Shown one piece after another: positions 1 through 12,300 of a stretch of DNA of 48,779 bases. The first letter of the stretch is position 1. Each line of letters starts with the position of its first letter. Source of the DNA: Catajapyx aquilonaris (taxonomy: Eukaryota); NCBI GenBank assembly GCA_000934665.2, contig KZ538068.1, forward strand, positions 124,001 through 172,779. The letters are read 5' to 3'. The notes under the pieces are model-generated. The model saw only the letters and a list, made by a program, of their open reading frames with translations. It ran no database searches and was not told the origin of the DNA. Both the position numbers and the translations under genes were made by a program.

Positions 1-1150
1 TCCGGACTATTCTCTCAGGGGCAAGAGGCCCCCCTGTTTTACACCTTATAAACGTGAGATTGCTGGAAAATTTTCATGTTGGCGCAGAAAATTAGCCGGT
101 CTCCGTACCCGGATGAAAGATGTAATTTACATTTGAAGTGCAAAGTTTTCCTGTCTGGGAGAAGGCGTGGCTCTAGATTAGACTGGCCCTCAATGGTGAT
201 AGGAGCCCCCAAATTTTTCGAAATTATTGTGCCCCGAGGCGCGCAATTGGAGAAACATACCGTTTGGGAGTCTAGAAGAAAATGAGATGACAGAGGAAGC
301 CTTCTTCTTCTTTCTTTTTCTTTTTCTTCTTCTTCTTCACCTCTCCCTCCATTCCATCCCATTCGCCCACCCCTTTCGGGTTCCGAGTCATAACTAAGCG
401 ACTTCATGGCACAACTGGGATAAATGTAATCACGAAGCTCTCCAATTCCCGCTGAATTGGGCAGTTTCTCTCCGGCTTCTTCCCACCCCCTTCCAAAAAT
501 TATGTCCGCCCGGACTTTGCCCACTTTCTTCGAAGAATAAGAAAAAAAAAATCCTTTTTAATCACACCGCAAGTTTCGGTTCTAAACAGCCGAAGACAAG
601 CCGTAATGGAATGGTCTTCGTTCCCTGTTGCATTGTACCCGGCGATCGTATTAAAGTTTGGGGACTATGCAAAGGGCTATAAAACCACGGAGGTATACGG
701 TCTGAAATACAACTTGGCTTTCGCCAGGGAAACTGCTACCTGCATGTGCATTATGCATTTTTCCTACTCCCTGAAGAGAAACTAAGGAACTAGTAAAAGG
801 AATTAGGTAGGTTCAAGTGCATGGGAGAAGGAAATTTGAAGTGTAATACAGTCTTTCTTTTCCCTTGGAGAGCCAGAGGGTGCAGCTAGTTTCTGCTCTG
901 GGAAAGAGGAGTGCTTGGTCGGGCCTCGGGACTCTCCAAGGAGGTATAAAAACCCGGGAAAAAGAACCGGAACCATTCCGGCCGCAATACCAGGCGAGAG
1001 GGGTATCCCCAGAATGAAGTGAGCTGACCTGTTTTAAGACCGGTGTGTAGGTATGGGAAGGGTTGAAACTAAATTAAAACGCAGTTTGATTCACGAATAT
1101 GTGTCTCACATTACGATCAGGAGACAGGGTGTCAAGATATGCAACCCACT

Positions 1151-1380
1151 CACCGCGAGCAGACTAGCCACCGCGAGCAGACTAGTCACCGCGAGCAGCC
1201 TAGCCACCGCGAGCAGACTAGTCACCGCGAGCAGACTAGTCACCGCGAGCAGCCTAGTCACCGCGAGCAGCCTAGTCACCGCGAGCAGACTAGTCACCGC
1301 GAGCAGCCTAGTCACCGCGAGCAGACTAGTCACCGTGAGCAGACTAGTCACCGCGAGCAGCCTAGTCACCGCGAGCAGCC
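1151..1380. repeat. 18-bp GC-rich minisatellite, 13 copies (CACCGCGAGCAGMCTAGY)
   Basis: Exact 18-bp period from 1151. Units differ almost only at positions 13 (A/C) and 18 (T/C). It explains the HREQ(T/P)S, VTASRL and LLAVTS ORFs. Confidence 0.97.
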
Positions 1381-4300
1381 ATCCAGTCACTCCTACATGT
1401 AGATACCATCCACGATCCACCCCACACTTCAGCAAATATTTTCCCAAGGAGCCTCTGATATTCCGGGGTTGCAAGTTAGAGGGGTTCTTTGTAAGATGGT
1501 CAAGTAGGGAGCATCTTCCTGGTGCCGTTGAACTGGCTTTGCTATTCAAATAAGCGGAAGTGAAAGGGTGGGTTGCAGATTCGGCTAGAAATGGGCAGCC
1601 TAGAAGGATTCAAGGGGAAGGACCTCCTTGCAGCCTCCAAATGGCCTCTTCGGGTAGATTGAAGTACTGTATTACACTCTGCCGGAGGAAATTTTACCAC
1701 TTTTTGATGCTCATAGAGAGGGTGAAAATCGTGGAGGCGTGACGCAAGTGCAGGCGGAGACACGAGAGTGTACTCTGCCTTTTTCCACGTGTCTCCTTCA
1801 TTACTCGCCTTCCGATCTCTCCCCACCCCAATAGCTGGTGTCACTGTGATGGACAGGCTTTTTCGAGTGTCGTTCCCTCCAATACCATCATTCCTCCACC
1901 CAGTTTCATGGCTTCTTGAAGGCCCCCGCCGCGGAACTTTGCCCCTGCGTTGCTCATTTCCCACCAAGCTCGCTCTAGCTTTTTTTCCGCCCCGATGCGG
2001 CAATGGGGCGCTTACCCCCGTCGTGCCTTGGAAATACCACTGGTACACCCCTCGCCCACAGGCTGATTGTCAATCAGGAGGGGCCTTCGCTTGGGGCTGA
2101 CACCGCCATTAGTCCCATCGGCTGGCGGGAGGGGGCGGCACGGTCAACTCCAGCCTCAAGTGTCGCCATCTCTTTTCAAACACGCGGAAAGAAAAAAGGG
2201 GGTCAGACTATTTCGACACAATTGACCGAAAAAAAAGCTATTTAGGCACAATATCGACGGAAAATGGTCTATTTCGGCGGAGTATTGACTCGGGAGTTGG
2301 CTAATCGTCCTGTAATAAGCTAGCCATGCAGGCAACTGGGAGCTCTAATGAGGACTAATTGGCCAACTGCCTTTCCAAAACCAGGAGATTGGGCCTGCTG
2401 GGCTATTCCCCCAGCTTTCCTAGAGGAAGTAAAAGGAGAAAAGGGGTGCAGATGCTTCTAGGGGGGGTCCCAGCTTGAATTGGAATTGATTTGGATTTCT
2501 TAGAGAAGGGAGGCAGTTTACATTTAAAATTCAGCCGTTTCCTTCCGAATGTTTCATTTTCTTTTCCCCGTAAACTTGGAGGCTTCTCCTAAGAAGCGAG
2601 CTTCGTGTAGGAAAAGAAAAGTAATTTGCTGATTGCGAGCTGGTCTCGATAGAGGAGAAAAAAAAGCGAGCGAAGGGCGAATAAAACGCGGGTCGATTCC
2701 TAGTTTTTTGGAACGCGTGTCATGTTTCGCTTACATGGAGTAACTCGGTAAAATAAATAACGTTTGTCTCCCCCCTTCTTCCAAAGTTCAGGGAGAATAA
2801 AAAAGTTTTGGGAGTTACAAAGGAAGCGTGTGTTTTCTGACCTCGCGCGACAAATTTCGCTGATCGCTTCTTTTTAATCCATTTACGTAGCTGGAAGCGC
2901 ACACAGCATACGTGTCAGGTTGAAAGGTCAGACTGGTATGTTACCAGTAGTACAGAAGAAAAAAAAGTTAGTCCAAATTGAGCAGTTTTGCTCTCAAGCG
3001 TGGTAATGACCTTCCTCTTGTCAGAAAAAGAGGCAAAGAGACAGTGTCCTTATTAAACTGACAAAAGTTGGTTTTTGTGCCCCGGATATTGCACACACTT
3101 CATGAAGCAAAATTGACTAGGTTCCCCTACTTTTCAAAGGAAGGAACTATTGAGGAATTGTGCAGACAGTGGAAGGACAGTCAGATAAAGCTGGCCTAGT
3201 GGAATGGAAAGTGGGGCAAGAAAATTACGCGAGTAATTTGTTCACACAGCGGATGCTTTAGTTCTTCTCAGTTTTTTTTACATTATTTCTTTTCTAGAGT
3301 CTTGGAATGTTGGGAAGGGATCGATGTACTTGAGAAAGAATGCAGTTTTAGTTGAATTGCAAGTTAATGATCCAGTTGCAGATAGTGTACTGTATAGCCT
3401 AGTAATAGTGCGTGCCAAAAAGCACAAAATGTCAACATCACATTGTAACCAAAAGTAACCTGCAGTAATTTTATGTGCCGCTTTAAATATAAATATATTT
3501 TATAGATGTCTTGTTCCCATTCCTCATTCTATTATACGTATGTAAAATATTAGAATAATAGACTAATAATAACAAAAAATTCACTTTTATAGGCCTCATC
3601 TCATACGTTGCATAATTATTATAACACTTGAGTTATGCGAATGTGAACATCTAGATTTTAATTTTAATTAATTAAAACCGCTACATATCATAGATTTAGA
3701 AGAAACTGGTTCATTTACAGATGTTGGACCAAACAGAGCATATTCTATGTACAGTATTTTTGAACTTTAACACGAAAAAGTGTGCAGGAAGAATTTTTGA
3801 AACTAACAAACTCCACTAAAATTGATTAATTTGTATTACACCATAACATACATCCTGTATCCAAAGTTTTGACACTCCAGACAGACAATGACAAGTTTTT
3901 GCCACCTTAAAAGCATGGTAAGTGGACTAAGACCCTTCTTCAGCTGAGCCCTCAAATGGAAATCAGACCCCCCAAAAAAAACTTCCCACTGGACTATGTA
4001 CCAACAAAATTATTTTTCCCCCTCACACATTTCCAAGTCGAAACTCATAAGGACATTACTTTCGTTTCCTTGCACAGCAAGTTTAATCCACGCTGACACC
4101 AAAATGGAGAGAGAGGAAAAAAAGGGGGGAAAATCTCATTAATGTAGCAAAGTTCTTGGGGGGTGAGAAACGTCTGCAACGCGAGCTGGCTGCCAAGTAT
4201 CTTGGACGCAGCCTCTTGAATTTGCAACATACGTGTTTTGCCGGCTGGAACAGCCAGAGCACATAGTGTTCCGGAACATCCCTGCTTTTCTCCACCTTAA

Positions 4301-7300
4301 TTCCTTCCGGCGTTGGTAGCACAAAAATTTTGGAAATTCTAGCCCAAACGTTTAATTCTTGCTCGCAATTATACTCTCACGCTATTATATTACAGTGTTT
4401 TAGTAGGACCCCTATGTGTCTTGCTGACAGGTGGAGCTAATTAAAACGACAAAGAGCAAGTCTTGGGTGTTGAGAAAGACTGCGCTTATTTAGGCCTAGA
4501 AAATATTTTAGGGACCAAATCTTCCAATACCAGACACTCTCACCTTTAAATCCACCCTCAGAAAGTTATACCCAAAGATGAAGATAGTGCGGACACTCTG
4601 CCGAACCATAAGAATTTTTTTCCCCTCTTCCAACTGGAATGGATATTGCAGACTCTCTCTCCTCTCCGCCAATTCAGGGACTATCTTGAGAGGAAAGGCT
4701 CAATTAGTCTCAACTACATGCCCATAGAACTGCCTGGCGAAAATTGGCTGGCCTCCCCTTTTCCAGCATCGAGGAAATGCTGTCTGCGATGCTACTACCG
4801 CCACCGCCAAAAGTGGAAAAGACTTCTTTTTCGTCTTCTTTTTCCTTTTCCTTTGGCCATTAAAATCGCCAGAGAAGATGAAAAAGACCAAGCCTCGCTC
4901 CGTGACTGCAAATCTGCGCCTGGTGCGATTAGATTAGAAAAAGCGATGCCAAATCTATTTCATACCAAAATGGCGGTTAGACGCCCACCACACAACGCCA
5001 TCTCTGACCTTCACTGCAAAGGCTGATGCACTCCCGCCATTATGGTACCCCTCTAAAAAAACAATGGCGAAACTCGTGACATTACACTCAGGCGGGGGAA
5101 AAAAAGTCTCTTCTAGTCGTGTGAGAGACTGTCCAAAAAGACTATAAAAAGTCGGGCCGTAAAAGCGTTGTGATGTTGGCGCCTAGGCCACCACGTATCC
5201 ACGACCTTGCTGCTCCAACAACTCGGCTTAGTGTCATTAGGGAGCCCCTAAACATTGTGAAATCATCCATTTAAAAGGTTCCGAAAGACGCTGACGATGG
5301 CGGACGAGTGGATAAGCTTTGGAACCTCCATAATCTCCTTCTGGAGGCTGGGTCCCCGACGAAATCAGGATCGTAAGACGGTCTTAGCTGCCGAGTGTAT
5401 ATTAGACACTAAGCGGCCTGGATGCCTGGTTTCAAAAGGGCCAGAGGTGGATGTGGCGTAACGGGCCATGAAGAGATGAGAGAGGTCATGCTTGTGAGGT
5501 CAGAGCGTATGTGGCAAGAAAAGCGTCTTAAGGCCTGGAGTTAAATGCGTACAATCTCAGATTATGAACTATTTGTGATTTAATCACGAAAAATGGTATA
5601 GGTGCAGTCGTTTGTATATCAGTGATTTTAACCATCGTTCTTCTAATATGCTTATTATGTCCGTCGTATGTTTGTACGACTTAATAGTATTGCTATTCAC
5701 GCACGAGCTGAGTGTGGCAGGAGTGTGCACAGGACATATGCGCCATCTATGCGTGACGAATAATACTCCGTGGTAAATCAGTGGTTGTCACTGCCATACT
5801 GATAGGTTTTGCCAAATTTTCACTAATTTTGAAGATGTCACGCCAAATTTCATTTGGTCAATTTTTAAAACTGATCCTACAGGTCTATAGTCTATCTATA
5901 CAGTAAAATGATATTAATCGTGCTTCATCACAGCTTCATCACAAAAACAACTTTCATTTTGTCTCCCATCCATTTCCTAACCCCCTAGACATGACCGCAG
6001 TACACTCCAGAATTGCCCCCTAACTGATGACTCCTGATCAATTTTGATCCCCGCGCCATACTCTTCGCCCCAAAGACTCGAAGCAGGTCCGCCAAGCTCA
6101 TCTCCAAGTCTTCTCAGCGAGTGCAGACTCCGCCGGGAAATTTGGCTCATTTTTCCTCAGGCCGCCCTACAACGCCTCAAATTACCCGACATTTTTTCCC
6201 TTAATTAATCGACGGGGCGTGAACCTCATGAGGTCGAATATTGACCCGTCCGAGATGGAGCTGGTGGCAAAGGGCTCTACAGGTATTACTTTTAGACTTA
6301 ACTAGATTCTTCTCAGCTAGATAAGAAGAATCGCTTTTTCTTCGTTCTGTAGGGCCTAGTAAAAAATTTTTGGCGAACCGCTGGATACTTCATTCACTCC
6401 ATCTGATTGCAACTTCTTAGGACAGTAAACAAGGAGGATCTGAAGATGCAAAGACCCTTTTCATGGACCGTCTTAGGCGGTTGAATAGAGAAGAAAAGAG
6501 AGGGGTTTATGTATAGGAAGAGGATCTACCCTTTCATTTAGCAAAGGTATTCATAGGCATTTTTCTAGTGTCGCAAAAAGTTTTCTCTTGACCACCATCA
6601 ATTCCTGCCCGGATGGTCAAGCTCAATGAAGCAAACGGAGCGGATGAATGTCGCAATTCATCAGTCCAGATAGAGCTACTTCCAACTTGAGGGAGGGGGA
6701 ACTATTCTAGGCTAGCTGATAAAGCTCTCTTTTGAAGCTTAAAAAAAATTAGTCCGTTCTATCGTCGCGGATAGATACTCCGAGCCACGCCCATACCAAA
6801 CAAGCGCATGAGTATTACAAACTCAGAGCTTTGGTTTGGCAGCGTTTGCCCAACTTAATTCATCCCCTAATGAGCTATTAATCGCACAATGTGCGAACAG
6901 TTCGCGCCATTTTTGGGCCTGGCTGAAAAAAAAACAAAACTGGAACCGGGTTTGTGAATGCCGGCTTTATGCAAAGCTCGGCGGCAGAGCAGAGCGCAAA
7001 TTGACACAAATTAACATTCTGCACGGGTGTCACGGGTAGCCGCAAGTAGGTCATAATGTGAGAATGGCTTTTCGCCTATTCCTCCAGACAATCGTTGGGC
7101 AGCGAGCGGCATAGCAGGTGTAGTGTACTGTTATGGCCCGCCCGGACTTGGGTGATTAGAAACATTTATATGCATCAGGTGGTCCTGCGGACGCCATCTG
7201 CTGTTCTGGCAGGGGGAAACAGGCCCATTGTTATTGGCTGGAGTGGTGGATTCTGGTTTGGGATTGGCTAGAGAGCATGCGCAGGCTTGGTAGCCACCTA

Positions 7301-7304
7301 GAAG

Positions 7305-7880
7305 CTGTTATTTTTAACAGTCCTCGAACAAGTTACTTTTAACGCTCGAGTTCGTACCTGCTATTTTTAACGGTCGTATTCTAGCATGTTATTGTAACGG
7401 CCAAGATCAAACCTGCTATTGTAACGGTCGCATCGCACCGGTTCTTTTTAACGGACGAACTCGAAACTGCTTTTTAAAGGTCGGTCTTGAAGTTGCTACT
7501 TTTAGCGCTTGAGCTTTCACATGATGTTTTTAACGGTCCAATTCTACTCTGGTATTTTGAACTGTCGAACTCGAATATGCTATTTGTAACGGTAGATCGC
7601 ACACGTTCCTTTTAACGGTCGAGATTGAACTTGTTATTGTAACGGTCGGATCGCACCGGTTCTTTTTAACGGACGAACTCGAAACTGTTATTTTTAACGG
7701 TCGGCCTCTAAGCTGCTACTTTTAGAGCTTGAACCGCTTGAGCTCGTACATTATCTTTTTAACTGTCCAATTCTACGCTGTTGTTTTTAACTGTCGAACT
7801 CGAACATGCTATTTGTAACGGTCGGATTGCATCTGTTATTTTTAACGGTCGAACTTGAACCTGCTATTTTTGACGGATTC
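7305..7880 (+). repeat. Degenerate ~28-bp tandem array (~20 units; consensus ~TGCTATTTTTAACGGTCGAACTCGAACC) with a ~218-bp higher-order duplication
   Basis: A TTTTAACGGTC core recurs about every 28 bp. The block TATTGTAACGGTCGSATCGCACCGGTTCTTTTTAACGGACGAACTCGAAACTG occurs at 7417 and 7635. Confidence 0.9.
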
Positions 7881-9019
7881 ATAGCATCTCCCAATACGTT
7901 CCTCCTTGACACCAATATTCACATCAAAGTTGGCTTTTCAGGCAGTAATAGAATTTCAAAATGCCTCGGCAGGTTATACAGTATGGCGTATAAATTCATC
8001 CGGCATGTTTCTCAGGCTAAACTTTCTTCGCATCCGACGAAAAGTCAAGCAAAGTTGGGAGAAAGTCTCAAGCAGTGTTATGCTTTCAGGTGCCGTCTTC
8101 TTTTTCCAGCGCTAATTTATATGAGCCGCACCTTGAATTTTCGCCGCCAAGAATTAATTCCATCGCCCCGCGAAAACTTTCTGACGTTTCGCCAACGCAT
8201 CTCTATATATGCTAAACTTTTTGGAATCTAATAACTCGGTTCATGAGGAGAGAAGGCGGGCTCTTCGCTGTTGGCAAATGAAAGTCGTTTGTCTCGTCGC
8301 CACAAAGCGGCCACAAAAATGTTTGACTCCGTCTGTTGCCCGCCCCACACATTTTGGTTGGGGGGCGGGGGGTGGAAGGGCTGACTTACAAGAACAAATA
8401 AACTTTGGCAGGCGAAGCTCCCAGGATGATTCCTGCCTCCGAATGAAGCTTTGGGACTGCATTCTGCCAAATTAGATCAAAACTTTCCCCATTTGGCCCT
8501 CGGACCGCTTCCCAGCCGGCTAAATCGCTTGTCACAAGTCACTTATTCGCTTGATCGTCCAAGTCGATGGAGGATTTTTGTGATCGCTCTTCCCCAGGCC
8601 TTTTTGTCCCTGTGAAAGATTATTCCCGGAAGGATCAGCTCGGCCGCGGAAAGAAGATGACGAAGACATGCGGAGGGGAATTTGAAAGGATCTTTTTCCC
8701 AAACTTGACTACTGTTGGGCCGAACAAAAGAGTTGGTATTCGGTGAGTGGGTGTACAAAAATTGACACCCCAGTCAAATTCGGGGATTGGCCACGTTCAT
8801 GCTGTCTGTCTCAATCCACGAATAAGCTGACTTGGCCACGAAATGGTGCTGAGTCATTCGGCCAGGTCATCTATACGCAGGTTTGGTTCAAAATCAGGCA
8901 CGAAGTAAGGCTGAATCACATGTTTATACTGTAACTGAAGCCTATATCGGAGTACATCGTACATGGGGCGTTTCCGTAAACTAAATTATACCATGCGTTA
9001 CATACGTTGGTAGTATAAA

Positions 9020-9316
9020 GATCCGTTAAAAGTCAAGGGGGTAACCACTTCGGTACTCTGGTGTAGGCCTACACCTGCCAGGTAGCCTACTCCCTGCCTA
9101 CTCCTTAGGTACTCATTGGTACTCCTTGGGTACCTACTCTTTGGTACCCCTTGAATTTGGTACTCCAGTGTACACTTTTCAGTCGAGTGGTTACCACCTT
9201 GTTAAAAGTATCCGAGTTTGACCGTTAAAAATAGCAGGTTAGAATTTGACCGTTAAAATAGCAGGTTCAAATTCGACCGTTAAAAATAACGGCTCCGAGT
9301 GGACCGTTACAAGCAA
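9020..9316 (-). repeat. Inverted copy of the 28-bp array (~5 units), interrupted by a MITE
   Basis: GACCGTTAAAAATAGCAGGTT units are the reverse complement of the 7305-7880 unit. The first unit is split by the 9034-9201 insertion. Confidence 0.85.
9034..9201. mobile_element. hAT-type MITE (168 bp) with 8-bp TSD
   Basis: TIRs are CAAGGGGGTAACCACTTCG and CGAGTGGTTACCACCTTG. Perfect TSD TTAAAAGT at 9026-9033 and 9202-9209. Internal ~11-bp GGTACTC repeats. An 8-bp TSD with CA..TG ends is typical of the hAT superfamily. Confidence 0.88.
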
Positions 9317-12300
9317 CTGGCGAATTCTGTCAAAAACTGGTTAATCTTATTGTAAATATGCAGTTCCGAGTCCTATTAGGTACAGTACATCCACATATTT
9401 GATGAGTGGCTGATGTGCAGGCCTATACTACGGTACGGTTCTTTTGGGATTGACCAGTATGACAATGACAAAACTAGAGAACCGGACACAATCTTCCAAT
9501 CTTCAGACTATCAGTCCACTAAATAGCTTAAACTGAGTGCAATCCGGTCTTACCTCACCTAGTACCGAATCAGAGTCATGTCGAGTCAATCGATACATGT
9601 CATGGCTCTTGCCGTCTCTGAATCCGATTACAGCCCTCCTTTATGCACTCAACCACACAGGCTATAAACCCGTCCGCTGCTCAACCACCCAGATATCACC
9701 ACTTCCTCCAACTCCCAACATGTCATTAATCTGCCCTCGACTTTACATGATAGCCCCCCTTTTTTTTGAAAAAATAAAAAAAAATCTTCCCCTCCAAGTT
9801 TTCACCACTTTTCTGGGCCGAAAGCGTCATCCCTCTCTCCCCCGAAGGTGCATCCATGTATCCATTATTTATTATCGTCTAATGCTAGTCGTTGGATCCT
9901 CCCGAGCGGGCCTAACTGGCATTTGTGTGCTGGGTGGGCTGATTTAGGGGCTTTCTCCGCCGATAATGCGGTTCGGAGGTGGTGTGCCTGCCCGGATCCA
10001 GACCAACTTTTATATGATTGGATCTGTTTGGCCAACTGCAGACACGCGAATTGTGTCTGATTTATCTCCACGTTTTTTTAAAAAGTATTTGAAGAGGGCC
10101 GTAAACTGAAGCCCTGTAAAATACCAGGTCTAATTTCCGACCGTTTGAAGCTTGGGAGGGTGAGACGGATTTCTCAGGTTACGCCACAATACCTCAAAAT
10201 GGGTTCCCTAGCTAATTTATCTTTTGCTCTTGGGGAGCGTCATGCTTATGGCGTGACGGGTGATTTCTCTCGTGTCAGAGGCATTAATAACGCCTGCTAA
10301 TATACCCAACCTACACGTGGGGGGTTTTTAGTTTTAAATGTCAAAAAAAGGTTTGCTATTGTACAGTACAGCCAAGCCAGAGTGAATCACCTCGGGGGGA
10401 TACAAAAATTAAACTATTGCAATTTGCCTATAATTTTCAATTTCCTGAACAATGTGTCCCTAATAAAGCCATCAATTGTAATATATTGAGTGTTAAGTGA
10501 ATAGATAATTTTATTTTGATAAGTGCTGACCATCTTGCCGTTTATTTTCGACACCCTGTATGAAGTCGACAACAGAGCCATTCGGTAGATGGGTGCCTTT
10601 GAATGAATATTGGTAAGAAGTGGGGTCAGGAGAGGGGGCATGTCCGTCCGTGACCATAACCGCCCCTAGCCGCAGACCCCAAACGAGGTTGTTGATAGAG
10701 CCGCATGCTCCGTTACGAGCCCTCCGACCGTTCCACTTCCTCCCTTGTTGTCCCGATATGGCGACAAATAGGTTAATAAACCCCGGGGGTTAATGCGTTA
10801 GCTGGGTGGGTGGGTTTGGGAGGGCCAAAAGACGGTACCAAACAAGGCAGGGTGTAAACCATAAACCTCAATCCGGATCAAAAGCATATCAATGTGCCTA
10901 TTTTTCAAACTGGAAAGTAGGCCTACTAACCGCCTACTTGCAAAAGTTCAAAACAATTCATATCCCGTACACGGCACCATTTTGTCAACACACCCATACA
11001 CTAAATGGTAGTCTTATCGTGAGAGGGCGCTAATCTAACGGTTTCAACTGTGAAATGGGTTGCATATCTGTAGGCGCAGGTTCTTCACGTGTCTTAGGCA
11101 TGATATAATAATGTCCCATCTTTTGTGTCCTAAGGCCTCGCTTCTGGCCCGTGAAATGTGTCTCTGTTGCGTAAGGTTCCCAAATGTAGTCTAACACCCC
11201 CGACACAAGATCCTCCTTCGGCAGTAATTACGGGGTGAGAATGCGAACACGCTGCAATTTATAGGAGGGGTGTGACTCGAGGCCTAAAACAGCTCTTTCC
11301 AAATACCAGGAAATTCGAGTCGAAGAGGTTGAGACGGGGATTAAAGTACATTAATATTCACGGGAACGCCACGGCTCAGGAAGGAAAAGTTGGGATGAAG
11401 ATGGGAGAGGAAACGAGACTAAGAGTTCCACCGCATTTAACTTGAGGCTTCCTTATCCTGAACCCGGAGTAATATCATTATGAATATTTTTTTCAGCCCA
11501 GAAATGAGCAGCATGGTACCTTTTTTTCTTCAAGATTGTACCGGACAAACCTTGAGACGTCCTACAGTCCCCCACAAAAAAGGCTCAAGGTTTGTAGAAC
11601 CAGTCGTTTTCTTTCATCCTCGATTCCACAACCCGACGGAAGCAAACCGTGCATCCCATCCGTTTGGTTTCCGCATCGTGTCAAACAGTCCTGCCTAAGG
11701 AAGCAAGGAAAAGAAACCGGGCTTTATATTGCCCCAAGTCAGACAGATTGAATGACTACAGTCATTTCCGTTTGTCCGGTGGTTTGTACAGGGTGTACCA
11801 TATGAAGGTGACCTTCTGTAGAATTTTTTTGGGGATATACCAACTTCAAGGATCGATGCAGTTAAATATCCCAGGAGCAGACGCTGTCTGGCGAAAATCT
11901 TCGCATCTGCTGGGGAATGTCAGAGGCGCCTCATATTGACGGCGCTATACATTTCCGGTCGTGACATTGCCGGCGCTCTCGAAGCGCCACACAGACGGAA
12001 GCCTTTAGCTGTCGTGCTTAATGTTGAACGGAACCCAAACTCCCGGAGAAACGGGGCAGAAATATGCGAGGCAATACTTTACGGTGACTCCGCCACATTG
12101 TCAGTTGCGGAGTCGAGATGAAGTCAGCGGTGGGGTGATTTTTTCTCCCCCCCCCCCATCCCCTCCCCTCTACCCTTCGTCTTCCAAGTGGAGATATGGC
12201 GCTTTATTTATCTTTGGAAGTTAGCAACTGCCGAAGCGGGAGACTTATCTTGCTGGAGGTAATTAATCTTTGGCTTACACCACGACTTGCACTAGGTTAT

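Noticed and set aside
1053..1553. 166-aa, 147-aa and 87-aa repetitive ORFs
   Set aside because: They are by-products of the 18-bp minisatellite (length divisible by 3). The flanks are not protein-like.
7129..7300. Possible LTR start (TGTTATGG, CCAAT boxes, CGCCATCTGCTG)
   Set aside because: No matching ...CA end, TSD, PBS/PPT or second LTR was found.
7305..7880. CRISPR-like array (conserved core plus variable part)
   Set aside because: The period is only ~28 bp, the variable parts are related to each other and duplicated, the context is eukaryotic, and no cas genes are present.
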